From: an uncultured virus (IMG/VR IMGVR_UViG_3300027782_000041)
Lineage: Duplodnaviria; Heunggongvirae; Uroviricota; Caudoviricetes
Virus record (IMG/VR): IMGVR_UViG_3300027782_000041
Strand: one strand, 5' to 3'
Length of the DNA: 64,000 nucleotides
Positions 18,342 to 27,423 of this stretch are shown one piece after another. The position numbers were made by a program, and so were the translations under genes. Numbering within the stretch: the stretch's first letter is position 1; every line of letters starts with the position of its first letter. The notes below the pieces were generated by a model. The model worked only from the letters and a program-made list of their open reading frames with translations, was not told the DNA's origin and did no database searches.

Positions 18342-19145
18342 TTACTGCCACAGTTGTTGTATTACAGGTCCGGCTTCGTGTGGTTTAGGACGTCCATGAA
18401 ATATCACCGCGGCCACGCCTGGTTGAATTACAACGCCAGAACCGGGTAGACGATGTTGTCGACGTTTGAAATCATAGCCGCCATCTAGACACTGCCAGCG
18501 ATAGCTTTGAAAATATCGATCTTCAAAAAATCTTCGTTTGTTATGATCTATTGTGTGATTCAAAAAATCTTGGTCTCCTGGAAAACCTTTGATGTTTTCC
18601 AGCACAGATCCTGTGGTGAATTTGTCCCACACCCAGCTGTACCGATCTACATCAAACCACATCACACTGGAATTCATGGTATCAACTCGAGAATTATTTT
18701 GTAAATATCTAAAATCTCTAATGCACCAAAAATAGTCTGTGGACAATGATGTGATCCATGTGAGATCATTGATCAGCACTAGGTCAAGATCAAAATACAA
18801 CAAGCGTCCAGAAAAATGTCCTGGATTAAACAACTGCATTTTGTACCACCAGGATTTTTTAGGGCCGCTGATTCCCCAGTCCTCCAAGATATGTTTGATC
18901 ATGTGTGGTGGTACTGACCTGTCGTGTTCTGTATACACATGAAAGCGTATGCCGCCAGGCATCCAACGTGTGAGCATGTTATACAGTCGTTCCACATACT
19001 CCCAGTCATAACCAGTGCCATGAATAACACAGGCACAATCAATCACAGTAGAGTTGCTTATTGTGACTAATGGGTTTCTTTTTGATTCACGATGTGCTTG
19101 TCTAGCTGCACGATGTTGTTGCTTGAGTTCTCGATCGGTTTTCAT
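18342..19145 (-). CDS. GT-A fold glycosyltransferase
   Basis: YVERLYNM, WWYKMQLF, YFDLD (DxD), NSSVM, GDQDF, FHGRPKP. Confidence 0.8.
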   Translation of the reverse strand: MKTDRELKQQHRAARQAHRESKRNPLVTISNSTVIDCACVIHGTGYDWEYVERLYNMLTRWMPGGIRFHVYTEHDRSVPPHMIKHILEDWGISGPKKSWWYKMQLFNPGHFSGRLLYFDLDLVLINDLTWITSLSTDYFWCIRDFRYLQNNSRVDTMNSSVMWFDVDRYSWVWDKFTTGSVLENIKGFPGDQDFLNHTIDHNKRRFFEDRYFQSYRWQCLDGGYDFKRRQHRLPGSGVVIQPGVAAVIFHGRPKPHEAGPVIQQLWQ

Positions 19146-19933
19146 TATAGCATCGGAGCATGGGTCCAATATTCAGGATAGTTTTTCAATACCGATTGTA
19201 CTTCGTCAGGGTATGCAGTATCAATGGTTCGGGTGGTACACTTGTGATTGATTGCTGATATAGTGTCCAGGCGTTTGAATGCCTCGAGTATTTGGTCTGG
19301 ATCTCTGTGCTGACTTTCGATACAACTACGAGCTTTGTTTTTTACCAATTCATCTGTGCCAATCCAGGTCCAGTGCCATCCCACTGGTTCTTTGAGTCCC
19401 ACACAATGACTGCGGTCTTTGCGTTTGACGTTTTGTCCTTTGTACAATTCATGCGGGGTCACAAACATGCGCTTTCTGGCCGCCACACTGCCTTTCCAAT
19501 TACGATCGGCTTTTTGATCAAAGCGATACATGTACATTTCAAATCCACAAGTCACTGCACGATCATGAGTGTTCATGAGATCAACAATAGCTGACCATTT
19601 GGTGGGGTCAATGATCTCATCAAGGTCGCCGTGAATAACAATGTCTTCATCACTGTACTGATTGATAGCCGGTTGAAGACCTTGTCGCATCATGGTTTCA
19701 CAAATCAAATTGGTTTGGTCAGCAGCCAACTCCAGTGTAACAACCTGTATTCTGTCAGGATACTGTGCTTGATATCGTGCAAGATTTTCAGTGAGGTTGT
19801 AAGGCTTGGGTATGCCACTAAACGTTCTACTGGCTTCCAGCACTATCCAGCGGTCAACATAGTGGTTGGTAATTGCTAGATGTATATCCAGCATGTCAAA
19901 CTCGTCGTTGAATAAAAATGTATCTATAATCAT
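19145..19933 (-). CDS. GT17-like (beta-1,4-GlcNAc transferase-like) glycosyltransferase
   Basis: IIDTFLFNDEFDML, EASRTFSG.PK, GDLDEI, GWHWTW. Confidence 0.8.
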   Translation of the reverse strand: MIIDTFLFNDEFDMLDIHLAITNHYVDRWIVLEASRTFSGIPKPYNLTENLARYQAQYPDRIQVVTLELAADQTNLICETMMRQGLQPAINQYSDEDIVIHGDLDEIIDPTKWSAIVDLMNTHDRAVTCGFEMYMYRFDQKADRNWKGSVAARKRMFVTPHELYKGQNVKRKDRSHCVGLKEPVGWHWTWIGTDELVKNKARSCIESQHRDPDQILEAFKRLDTISAINHKCTTRTIDTAYPDEVQSVLKNYPEYWTHAPML

Positions 19934-20571
19934 TAGAATTGAAATATTATTTGGTATTCATCGTGGATGGGATGATGATTTTTGGTTTCAAGATATTCCA
20001 CGATAGCACGGCCTTTGCCTGTGCGAGCATGAGTAGCGGCCCAACGACTGTTGTCATCTATGGCCACAATGCATCCGGGCTTTAGGTAAGGTTCGATTGA
20101 GAGAAATTCATTGAGATGGTGCTGGGCGCTGTCTGCGTCATTGTGCCATTTGACATCCCAAGAATCTAAATAGTATAGATCCACTTGGTCTCGATCTGGC
20201 ATGGCATCTAACCATGCCACACTGTCACTGCATGTGACCGTGAATCGATCACTGACAATGTGCGAACGTGCAATATCAACTGCCGCAGGATCAATGTCCA
20301 CACTACGCATTTGCCCCCCGTGCCAGTCCACAAATTCTGTGAACAATGCCGCACTTTGTCCATCTTTCCAGTTGCCTGGATTTCTAAGAGTACCAGTTTC
20401 TACAATCACAAAGTTTTCTTCACGTTGACTCAACAACAGATCAAACATGATGTCAAATCCTGCCGCTCGTTTGTAAATGCCTTCAACCAGCAGCCGCTTG
20501 GCCCCACTGACGTTGGGATTTAACAAATCATAATATGTGTTGCGATAGTGGTCTTGCCAAGATGTAGTCAT
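19933..20571 (-). CDS. Class I SAM-dependent methyltransferase
   Basis: IVETGT, SVDID, DSV, YLDS, IDD. Confidence 0.75.
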   Translation of the reverse strand: MTTSWQDHYRNTYYDLLNPNVSGAKRLLVEGIYKRAAGFDIMFDLLLSQREENFVIVETGTLRNPGNWKDGQSAALFTEFVDWHGGQMRSVDIDPAAVDIARSHIVSDRFTVTCSDSVAWLDAMPDRDQVDLYYLDSWDVKWHNDADSAQHHLNEFLSIEPYLKPGCIVAIDDNSRWAATHARTGKGRAIVEYLETKNHHPIHDEYQIIFQF

Positions 20572-20591
20572 ATGGTATTTAAATCATCTTG

Positions 20592-21161
20592 TTATTGTGC
20601 GTTTGGTTTTGTTACCAGCCAACAACGTCCTGATCTACGTACCTTTATATCCTGGGGTCGAAAGAAGTCCCAAACTGCCTGTTGCACTCCCGGATATCCT
20701 TTGGTATAATCATCCCCGGCAAACATAACACCTGGTCGCATTTTTGGCCACCAGGCTGTAAGATCGTTTGTTACTGCTTCGTAACTGTGTCCGGCATCCA
20801 CATAACAAAAATCCACCGAATTATCTTCAAATTGGGCAGCGGCGTCCCAACTCATCATGTTCAACATGCGGATGTGATCAATAACCGGATCAACATTTTT
20901 ACGGAAAATGTTCTGAAGATCTTGCACTATGGCCTGATCATATGCTATAGTAGTTTCACCCTTCCAGCTATCCACACAATAAAATTCACCTAGTTTTTTT
21001 CGATTCAGCAATTCAACCACACAATATGCCGCACTGCGACCGGTCCATGATCCCAGTTCAACCCAGGTGCCCGATTTGGGAAACTGATCCAATGCCATGT
21101 CCAGCATCACTGTGTTTTTGTGACTCATAAAGCCATTGATGTCTTGATAAAAATGCTCCAT
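20592..21161 (-). CDS. Class I SAM-dependent methyltransferase (Methyltransf_24-like)
   Basis: VELGSWTGRS, YVDAGHSYE, GDDY. Confidence 0.85.
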   Translation of the reverse strand: MEHFYQDINGFMSHKNTVMLDMALDQFPKSGTWVELGSWTGRSAAYCVVELLNRKKLGEFYCVDSWKGETTIAYDQAIVQDLQNIFRKNVDPVIDHIRMLNMMSWDAAAQFEDNSVDFCYVDAGHSYEAVTNDLTAWWPKMRPGVMFAGDDYTKGYPGVQQAVWDFFRPQDIKVRRSGRCWLVTKPNAQ

Positions 21162-21185
21162 ATTATATTTACCATTATATTAGCC

Positions 21186-21193
21186 TATAAATA
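21186..21193 (+). promoter_or_regulatory. T4-type late promoter TATAAATA, back-to-back with a minus-strand TAAATA at 21166-21171
   Basis: Exact T4 late consensus 5 nt upstream of ATG 21199. Confidence 0.75.
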
Positions 21194-21198
21194 TTCAT

Positions 21199-21957
21199 AT
21201 GAAAATTGTACTTGTTACCGGTGGATTTGATCCACTACATTCCGGACATATCTCTTACCTCAATCACGCAGACCATCTAGGTGATCATGTGGTGGTAGGA
21301 CTAAACTCAGATGCGTGGCTCACACGCAAAAAAGGCCGCCCGTTCATGCCCTGGCGTGAACGCATGGTTGTATTGGACAACCTACACATGGTTGGGGAAG
21401 TAATTGAATTCAACGACGATGACGGATCCAGCATTGATGCTATTCGCAAGGTCAAGGAAAAATATCCCAATGATGAAATCATCTTTGCCAACGGTGGAGA
21501 TAGAACATCCAAAAACATTCCCGAACAGGTGTTCGACGATGTGGAGTTTGTGTTTGGAGTCGGAGGAGACGACAAAGCCAATTCCAGCTCATGGATCTTG
21601 GAAGAATGGAAATCACCCAAGACATCACGTGCCTGGGGGTACTATCGTGTGCTACACGAAGTGGGAAATCATGTCAAACTCAAAGAACTTACTGTGGCTC
21701 CCAAAACATGCTTGAGTATGCAACGGCACGAAAAACGTGCAGAGTTCTGGTTTGTAGCCGAAGGTGAAGCCACGGTGTATACTGTAGACCCACACTCAAC
21801 TGATCGTGACTTAATGGCCAGTCCAGCACAGCATCAATCAACATGGATCAAGTTGAATGAATGGCATCAACTGTGTAACGAAACAGATCAACCACTACGA
21901 CTAATCGAAATCCAGTACGGTGAAGATTGCGTAGAAGAGGATATCGAGCGCCGATGA
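21199..21957 (+). CDS. Cytidylyl/adenylyltransferase (HxGH) fused to a mannose-6-phosphate-isomerase-type cupin
   Basis: TGGFDPLHSGH, GLNSD, FANGGDR; then RAWGYY, LSMQRH..RAEFW, IEIQYG..EEDIER. Confidence 0.85.
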   Translation: MKIVLVTGGFDPLHSGHISYLNHADHLGDHVVVGLNSDAWLTRKKGRPFMPWRERMVVLDNLHMVGEVIEFNDDDGSSIDAIRKVKEKYPNDEIIFANGGDRTSKNIPEQVFDDVEFVFGVGGDDKANSSSWILEEWKSPKTSRAWGYYRVLHEVGNHVKLKELTVAPKTCLSMQRHEKRAEFWFVAEGEATVYTVDPHSTDRDLMASPAQHQSTWIKLNEWHQLCNETDQPLRLIEIQYGEDCVEEDIERR

Positions 21958-22643
21958 AAGATATCATACCAATCTTTGTTGGCTATGATCCACGCGAAGC
22001 CATAGCATATCATACCTGTGTCAACAGCATTATTAGAAATGCAAGTCGTCCTGTGAGTATTGTGCCTGTAGCACTTAACCTGTTCAAAGACTACGACGAA
22101 ACACACACTGACGGTAGTAATCACTTTATCTACACACGCTTCTTGGTACCGTATCTCATGGGGTTCTCTGGATCTGCTATTTTCATCGATGGCGATATGA
22201 TTGTGCGTGGAGATATTGCCGAGCTGTGGGAGTTGAGAAACTCTTACATGGATGTACAAGTGGTCAAACATGACTACAAGACTCGCATGCCGGTAAAGTA
22301 TCTAGGAGCAAAAAATGAAGACTATCCTCGAAAAAATTGGTCTAGTGTTATTCTGTGGAATTGCAATAGCTTTCCTAACAGGCGACTTACTCCCGAGTTC
22401 ATCCAAAAATCCACAGGCAGTGAGCTCCACCGCTTCTCGTGGCTAGACGATGAGCGTGTTGGTGAACTACCTCAAGAATGGAATTGGTTGCCCGATGAAT
22501 ACGGGCCAAACCCTGACGCCAAGCTCTTACATTATACCTTGGGCACTCCATGCTTTCACGAATTTGCTGACACCCCTCAGGGCAGTGAGTGGCACCGAGA
22601 ACGTATACTAACAGAGTACTGCCAACAAAGAGATATACTATGA
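21954..22643 (+). CDS. GT-A glycosyltransferase (GT8-like)
   Basis: IFVGYDPRE, RFLVP, FIDGDM, YPRKNWSS, EWNWL, HYTLGTP. Confidence 0.8.
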   Translation: MKDIIPIFVGYDPREAIAYHTCVNSIIRNASRPVSIVPVALNLFKDYDETHTDGSNHFIYTRFLVPYLMGFSGSAIFIDGDMIVRGDIAELWELRNSYMDVQVVKHDYKTRMPVKYLGAKNEDYPRKNWSSVILWNCNSFPNRRLTPEFIQKSTGSELHRFSWLDDERVGELPQEWNWLPDEYGPNPDAKLLHYTLGTPCFHEFADTPQGSEWHRERILTEYCQQRDIL

Positions 22644-23452
22644 CCAATTTTATTTTTTTAAGCAAAGGCAACCAGGATGAGTACATCAACATGCTGGCCA
22701 AGAGTGCTGGGCAGGAACCCACTGACACAGACTTTTTTGACTACAAATATGATGTGACAATGGACGGAATGACTCCGGTCATGCGTGGCATCCTCAAGTA
22801 CAAAATTATGAAAAAGTGCCTGGAAGACCACAAAGATTTTTACTATGTGGATTCTGGTTACGTGGGTAACAACATCAGTAAAACCAATAGGATGGGTAAT
22901 AAACTGTATCATCGTATTGTGCGTAATGATTTACAACACAAAACAATTGTGCCAAGACCTGCCGACAGATGGCAAGCATTAGGTATTCAGTTGCAACCAA
23001 GAAAGTTTGGTAGAAAAATTATTGTGGCAGCGCCCGACGAAAAACCCTGCAGGTACTACGGCATTGATCAACAACAATGGGTTGAACAAACTGTTGCAGA
23101 AATAAAAAAATATACAGATCGTCCTGTTGAAGTTAGACAACGGGCGCCCAAACGTATTGACCGTGTGTCCACTGCACCGTTACATCAGGTGTTGGCCAAT
23201 GACGTACATGCCTTGGTTACATTTAATAGTGTTGCGGCAGTGGAATCAATATTTGCCGGTGTGCCAGCATTCGTGTTGGCTCCCAGCCATGTGGCCGAAC
23301 CAGTGGCCAGCAAGGACTTGAGTCGCATTGAAAGCCCAGTCTGGGCAGAGAAAGACACGCTGGATGCATGGTGCCACAGCATGGCTTATGGACAATATCA
23401 CGTGAGAGAATTGCGTGATGGCACCGCTTTTAGAATGATGCAAGAACAATGA
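22640..23452 (+). CDS. GT-B/capsule-synthesis (KpsS/KpsC-like) protein
   Basis: YYVDSGY, RPVEVR, VTFNSVAAVESIFAGVP. Confidence 0.6.
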   Translation: MTNFIFLSKGNQDEYINMLAKSAGQEPTDTDFFDYKYDVTMDGMTPVMRGILKYKIMKKCLEDHKDFYYVDSGYVGNNISKTNRMGNKLYHRIVRNDLQHKTIVPRPADRWQALGIQLQPRKFGRKIIVAAPDEKPCRYYGIDQQQWVEQTVAEIKKYTDRPVEVRQRAPKRIDRVSTAPLHQVLANDVHALVTFNSVAAVESIFAGVPAFVLAPSHVAEPVASKDLSRIESPVWAEKDTLDAWCHSMAYGQYHVRELRDGTAFRMMQEQ

Positions 23453-24417
23453 AAGTAGTAAGTTATTTGGCCACGTTGCCCAAAAAAGAACAGTACACAT
23501 CTGCTGAGAGCCTGAAAGCCGCCACAGACAAACTCAACACTTTGAAATTCTTTATTCAAGGTGTGCAGGCCTGTGGCGACGAAGGTGTCATGGTTGACGA
23601 CTTTAACTATGAGCCTAGTGATGTAGCAGTGATACTGGGTTGGGTGCATGAGCATGGTAAAAGTGCTCCACATCTACAACTAAGGCAAAAAATACTAGAT
23701 GGACAACGAATCTACAATGGTCGCACAGTGATTGCCGACAGCAATCTTTTTCTGTACAAAGACAAAACCAATCCTGGTTACTGGTTACGTTACAGTTTTG
23801 ATGGTATATTTCCCAACACAGGAGAGTACTGTGACTCCTCACCTGATCCCAGTCGCTGGGCGGCGGTACAACAAAATCTCAATGTGACTCTGCGACCATG
23901 GCGCACACAAGGCAACCACATCCTGTTGTGTTTACAACGTGACGGTGGCTGGAGCATGGGCGGGTTTGAAGTACTAGACTGGGCCATGAAGACCATCATG
24001 CAACTACGCAGGTACACCAAGAGACCCATTAGAATCAGAGCCCATCCAGGTGACAAACGTGCTAAAAAATACTGTGATCGACTGATGAAGTTATGTATTG
24101 GTCGCAGACTACTCAACATTGAACTCAGCACTCCTGATACTTCTCTAGAACACGATTTGAAAAATTGCTGGGCAGTGGTCAATCATAATTCAAGTCCTGC
24201 TGTAGGTGCGGCCATAGAAGGCATACCGATATTTGTAACAGATCCAGAACGTAGTCAAGCTCGAGAAATAGCAGAAACAAGAATTGACAAAATTGAAACT
24301 CCGTTCATGCCCGATCGAGATGCATGGGCACAACGGATCAGTCAATTTCACTGGAGCCATCATGAACTCAGAGATGGCACAGCATGGGCACACATGAGAA
24401 AGTTTGTGGAAAAATGA
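23449..24417 (+). CDS. GT-B/capsule-synthesis-like protein
   Basis: RPIRIRAHP, VNHNSSPAVGAAIEGIP. Confidence 0.6.
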   Translation: MKVVSYLATLPKKEQYTSAESLKAATDKLNTLKFFIQGVQACGDEGVMVDDFNYEPSDVAVILGWVHEHGKSAPHLQLRQKILDGQRIYNGRTVIADSNLFLYKDKTNPGYWLRYSFDGIFPNTGEYCDSSPDPSRWAAVQQNLNVTLRPWRTQGNHILLCLQRDGGWSMGGFEVLDWAMKTIMQLRRYTKRPIRIRAHPGDKRAKKYCDRLMKLCIGRRLLNIELSTPDTSLEHDLKNCWAVVNHNSSPAVGAAIEGIPIFVTDPERSQAREIAETRIDKIETPFMPDRDAWAQRISQFHWSHHELRDGTAWAHMRKFVEK

Positions 24418-25133
24418 TAGAAATTATAACCAGTTTTGATAAACGCTACTACGATCTTATTGGCAAAGATTGTGTGTCCAGCTTTTTGGAATTTTGGGAT
24501 CCAGAATTTAGTCTCACCTGTTATACAGAAGGATTCCAGTTGGACCCACATGAGAGACTAAAGCAAATTGATTTCGATCATGAAGTTGATCCAGAGTATG
24601 CACTATTGCAAGCAGATACTGCCTATGGTGTACAGGTTAAAAAATTCAGCAAAAAAGCATTTAGCTTTATACATGCCATGTATCACAGCACCGCAGATTG
24701 GATCTTGTGGCTGGATGCAGATGTTGTTACAATGAAGTCGCCGCCGGCTCATGTGATATTGGACTGCATGCGGTCTGAAGACCTTGCCATGTACATGGGA
24801 GTAACCTACACTCAAGACAAGTCGGGTAACCCGGGTTCATGGCTTGTGCCCGAAACAGGTGTGTTTGCCGTAAACACTCAGCACGAAAAGTTTGAAGAAT
24901 TCAGAAACGAATATCGTAGGCGCTATGTTGAACGCGACCATGCTGACCTGCGTAGATTCTACGACAACGATGTGTTTGGTGTTGCAATTAATCTTGCTGA
25001 TGCACCGGTTTATGATTTGTGTGAGGGATTTGCCAAGCCTTACAAAACACCTTTGCCACACACAGTACTAGGTGAGTATCTCATACACTACAAGGCCAAG
25101 CACAGCAAGGCCGAATATCAAGCAGACCAATAA
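24414..25133 (+). CDS. GT-A glycosyltransferase
   Basis: KKFSKKAF, WLDAD, ETG, D..VF, HYKA. Confidence 0.7.
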   Translation: MIEIITSFDKRYYDLIGKDCVSSFLEFWDPEFSLTCYTEGFQLDPHERLKQIDFDHEVDPEYALLQADTAYGVQVKKFSKKAFSFIHAMYHSTADWILWLDADVVTMKSPPAHVILDCMRSEDLAMYMGVTYTQDKSGNPGSWLVPETGVFAVNTQHEKFEEFRNEYRRRYVERDHADLRRFYDNDVFGVAINLADAPVYDLCEGFAKPYKTPLPHTVLGEYLIHYKAKHSKAEYQADQ

Positions 25134-25933
25134 CTTTCGCTTCGAGGCTGAATAAGATCCTTGGTCAGACTACGACCAGTTTCTTTGCGCTTGCCTTTGA
25201 GATGGTCAAGGTAAGCACCCCAGGCAGTGTTGATCAGCGGATGACCTTCGCCTTTGATCAATCCTGCACTCCAGTTTAATTGACGCCATTTAGGGTGTGC
25301 GGCTTGTACTTCGTTGCGAGTTTCGTCAAACACCCAGCAGTCGTTCCACTCACTCATGGTCATAAGGCGTCCCGAATCATAGGCCAACTGAAACTCTCGG
25401 AGCCACGTTAATGTGATATTATCACGCAGGTTCATACCATAAAGTCCACACTCGCTGAACTTGCGTTCACGACCTAGGTATGCCAGGCCAATCTTGGGCG
25501 GCATTTGACTGGTAATAAATTCTTTGGAAATAGGTGTGTGACACACCATGTCAGCATCCATCCAAAACAACACATCAGCGGCACAATTGGATGCACTGTG
25601 AAACACCGAATATGCTTTGTGGCTGAATCTAATTGCGTCCCAACGGAAACCTATACCCGGTGCTTTGCCTTTGCGATCCGCTGGGCCCGTAGCAACCAAG
25701 CCACGTGCTCTAGGATCACCGCCCCAGCGTTGCTTGAAGGTGACAATTTCTGGACTCACCGCATGTAAGTCTCTCACATGCAGATTGGGCGCACTCTGTG
25801 TAATTGTGCAATCTTCGGTATAAACGTATAAGTCAATTTCTTGGGGCCAGTTTTGCAAGAACGTGTCAATCATGCGACTAGCATAGCGTTCGTAACCGCT
25901 GGCATTGAATGTTGTGACAACTGCGTATTTCAT
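25118..25933 (-). CDS. GT-A glycosyltransferase (paralog of the 24414 gene)
   Basis: RFSHKAY, WMDAD, SECG, DCWVF, HLKG. Confidence 0.7.
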   Translation of the reverse strand: MKYAVVTTFNASGYERYASRMIDTFLQNWPQEIDLYVYTEDCTITQSAPNLHVRDLHAVSPEIVTFKQRWGGDPRARGLVATGPADRKGKAPGIGFRWDAIRFSHKAYSVFHSASNCAADVLFWMDADMVCHTPISKEFITSQMPPKIGLAYLGRERKFSECGLYGMNLRDNITLTWLREFQLAYDSGRLMTMSEWNDCWVFDETRNEVQAAHPKWRQLNWSAGLIKGEGHPLINTAWGAYLDHLKGKRKETGRSLTKDLIQPRSESYWSA

Positions 25934-26577
25934 CTGGGTATCCATATTGTATTACTCTTGCTCTTGACAGGGGCTGACTCATATGGGCCGCACAAATCAT
26001 TGAGCCACTGTCTGTGTTGATCTTGTTGACCATTGTCCTCAATCAACAACCAAGGTCTATTACGTTTTATAGTGTCACGACTTCCGTCTAAAACTGCATT
26101 TTCAAAACCTTCAACATCGATCTTGATCCAGTCAACTGATTCAAAATTGAATCGATCCAGTGTGGTTAACTCTCCAGTGTGCTTTTCAAACTCTGGGTCG
26201 GGCACAAACTCAGCCACTTGTTTGGTGTGCCCACACTTGAGAGTTTGTAATTCAAATGTTGCTGTTTGATCTCGGTCACTGAGACCTAAATTATAGAGTT
26301 CCACATTGCTGTATGTTTCTAGATTTTTTTGCAAGACTTCAAAGTTTTTGAGTACTGGTTCAAAACATATCACATGTTCAAACTGTTCAGCACTGGGTCT
26401 AGCAAATATACCAATATTGGCACCAATATCAATCATCACACGCTTGCGAGGAATATTGTTGTACACATACCAACGATAACGATTTTGATAATGTACATCC
26501 ACTACCTCCTGCAGTCGTTCACTAAAAAATCCATTTGGTGGCTCAGAAGAATACCACAGAGAGTTTATTTTATACAT
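25930..26577 (-). CDS. FkbM-family methyltransferase
   Basis: IDIGANIG, FEP, IKIDVEGFE, RP..IE. Confidence 0.9.
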   Translation of the reverse strand: MYKINSLWYSSEPPNGFFSERLQEVVDVHYQNRYRWYVYNNIPRKRVMIDIGANIGIFARPSAEQFEHVICFEPVLKNFEVLQKNLETYSNVELYNLGLSDRDQTATFELQTLKCGHTKQVAEFVPDPEFEKHTGELTTLDRFNFESVDWIKIDVEGFENAVLDGSRDTIKRNRPWLLIEDNGQQDQHRQWLNDLCGPYESAPVKSKSNTIWIPR

Positions 26578-26595
26578 ATATAACTATTTAACCCA

Positions 26596-27423
26596 ATGAA
26601 AATCAGTCTATTTAATAATTTTGGTGCTAAGAATTCAGTGCCAATTTTTCAAGCCATTGCCCAAGGACTTGTGTCTCAAGGACACACGGTGGTTTATCAT
26701 GACCTCACCGCCGACGTGGCTGTGATATGGAGTATGTTGTGGGCTGGACGCATGCGATCTAATCAAGAAGTTTACCACACATTCCGCCGGCAGGGCAAGC
26801 CAGTGATCGTTGCCGAAGTTGGAATGATACAACGCGGACAAACTTGGAAGATTGGTATCAACGGCACCGGTATACACAGTTACAATTTTGACAATCTCAT
26901 TCCTAATCGTGCTGCCAGTTTAGATTTAAAATTACAACCCTGGCGCAACGGATCTAATATTGTGATTGCTATGCAACGACAAGATAGTGAGCAGTGGCAC
27001 GGGCAACCACCAGTGAACCAATGGCTGGAATCAACTGTGGCAGAAATTAGAAAACACTCTGATCGACCCGTTGTGATTCGGTCACATCCAAGAAGCGGGT
27101 GCAACATACCTCCAGGGTGTTTGATTGATCGTCCACAATTTACTGCGGGCTCGTACGATGATTTTGATTTTAATCGTGTGTTAGAGTCGGCTCATTGCAT
27201 AGTTAATTGGAATTCAGGGCCAGGATCACAAGCCTTGGTTGCAGGTGTTCCTGCGTTTGTTGGGCCAGATAGTTTGGCCAGCACTATTGCCAACTGGGAC
27301 TTGTCACAAATAGAAAATCCTCCACGTCCTGATCGCAGTGTATGGCTAGAACAATTGGCGCACACTGAGTGGACTGTGAAAGAAATTAAAACAGGTTTGC
27401 CGTTTACATGCTTAGTCTTTTGA
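26596..27423 (+). CDS. GT-B/capsule-synthesis-like protein
   Basis: RPVVIRSHP, VNWNSGPGSQALVAGVP; paralog of the 22640 and 23449 genes. Confidence 0.6.
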   Translation: MKISLFNNFGAKNSVPIFQAIAQGLVSQGHTVVYHDLTADVAVIWSMLWAGRMRSNQEVYHTFRRQGKPVIVAEVGMIQRGQTWKIGINGTGIHSYNFDNLIPNRAASLDLKLQPWRNGSNIVIAMQRQDSEQWHGQPPVNQWLESTVAEIRKHSDRPVVIRSHPRSGCNIPPGCLIDRPQFTAGSYDDFDFNRVLESAHCIVNWNSGPGSQALVAGVPAFVGPDSLASTIANWDLSQIENPPRPDRSVWLEQLAHTEWTVKEIKTGLPFTCLVF

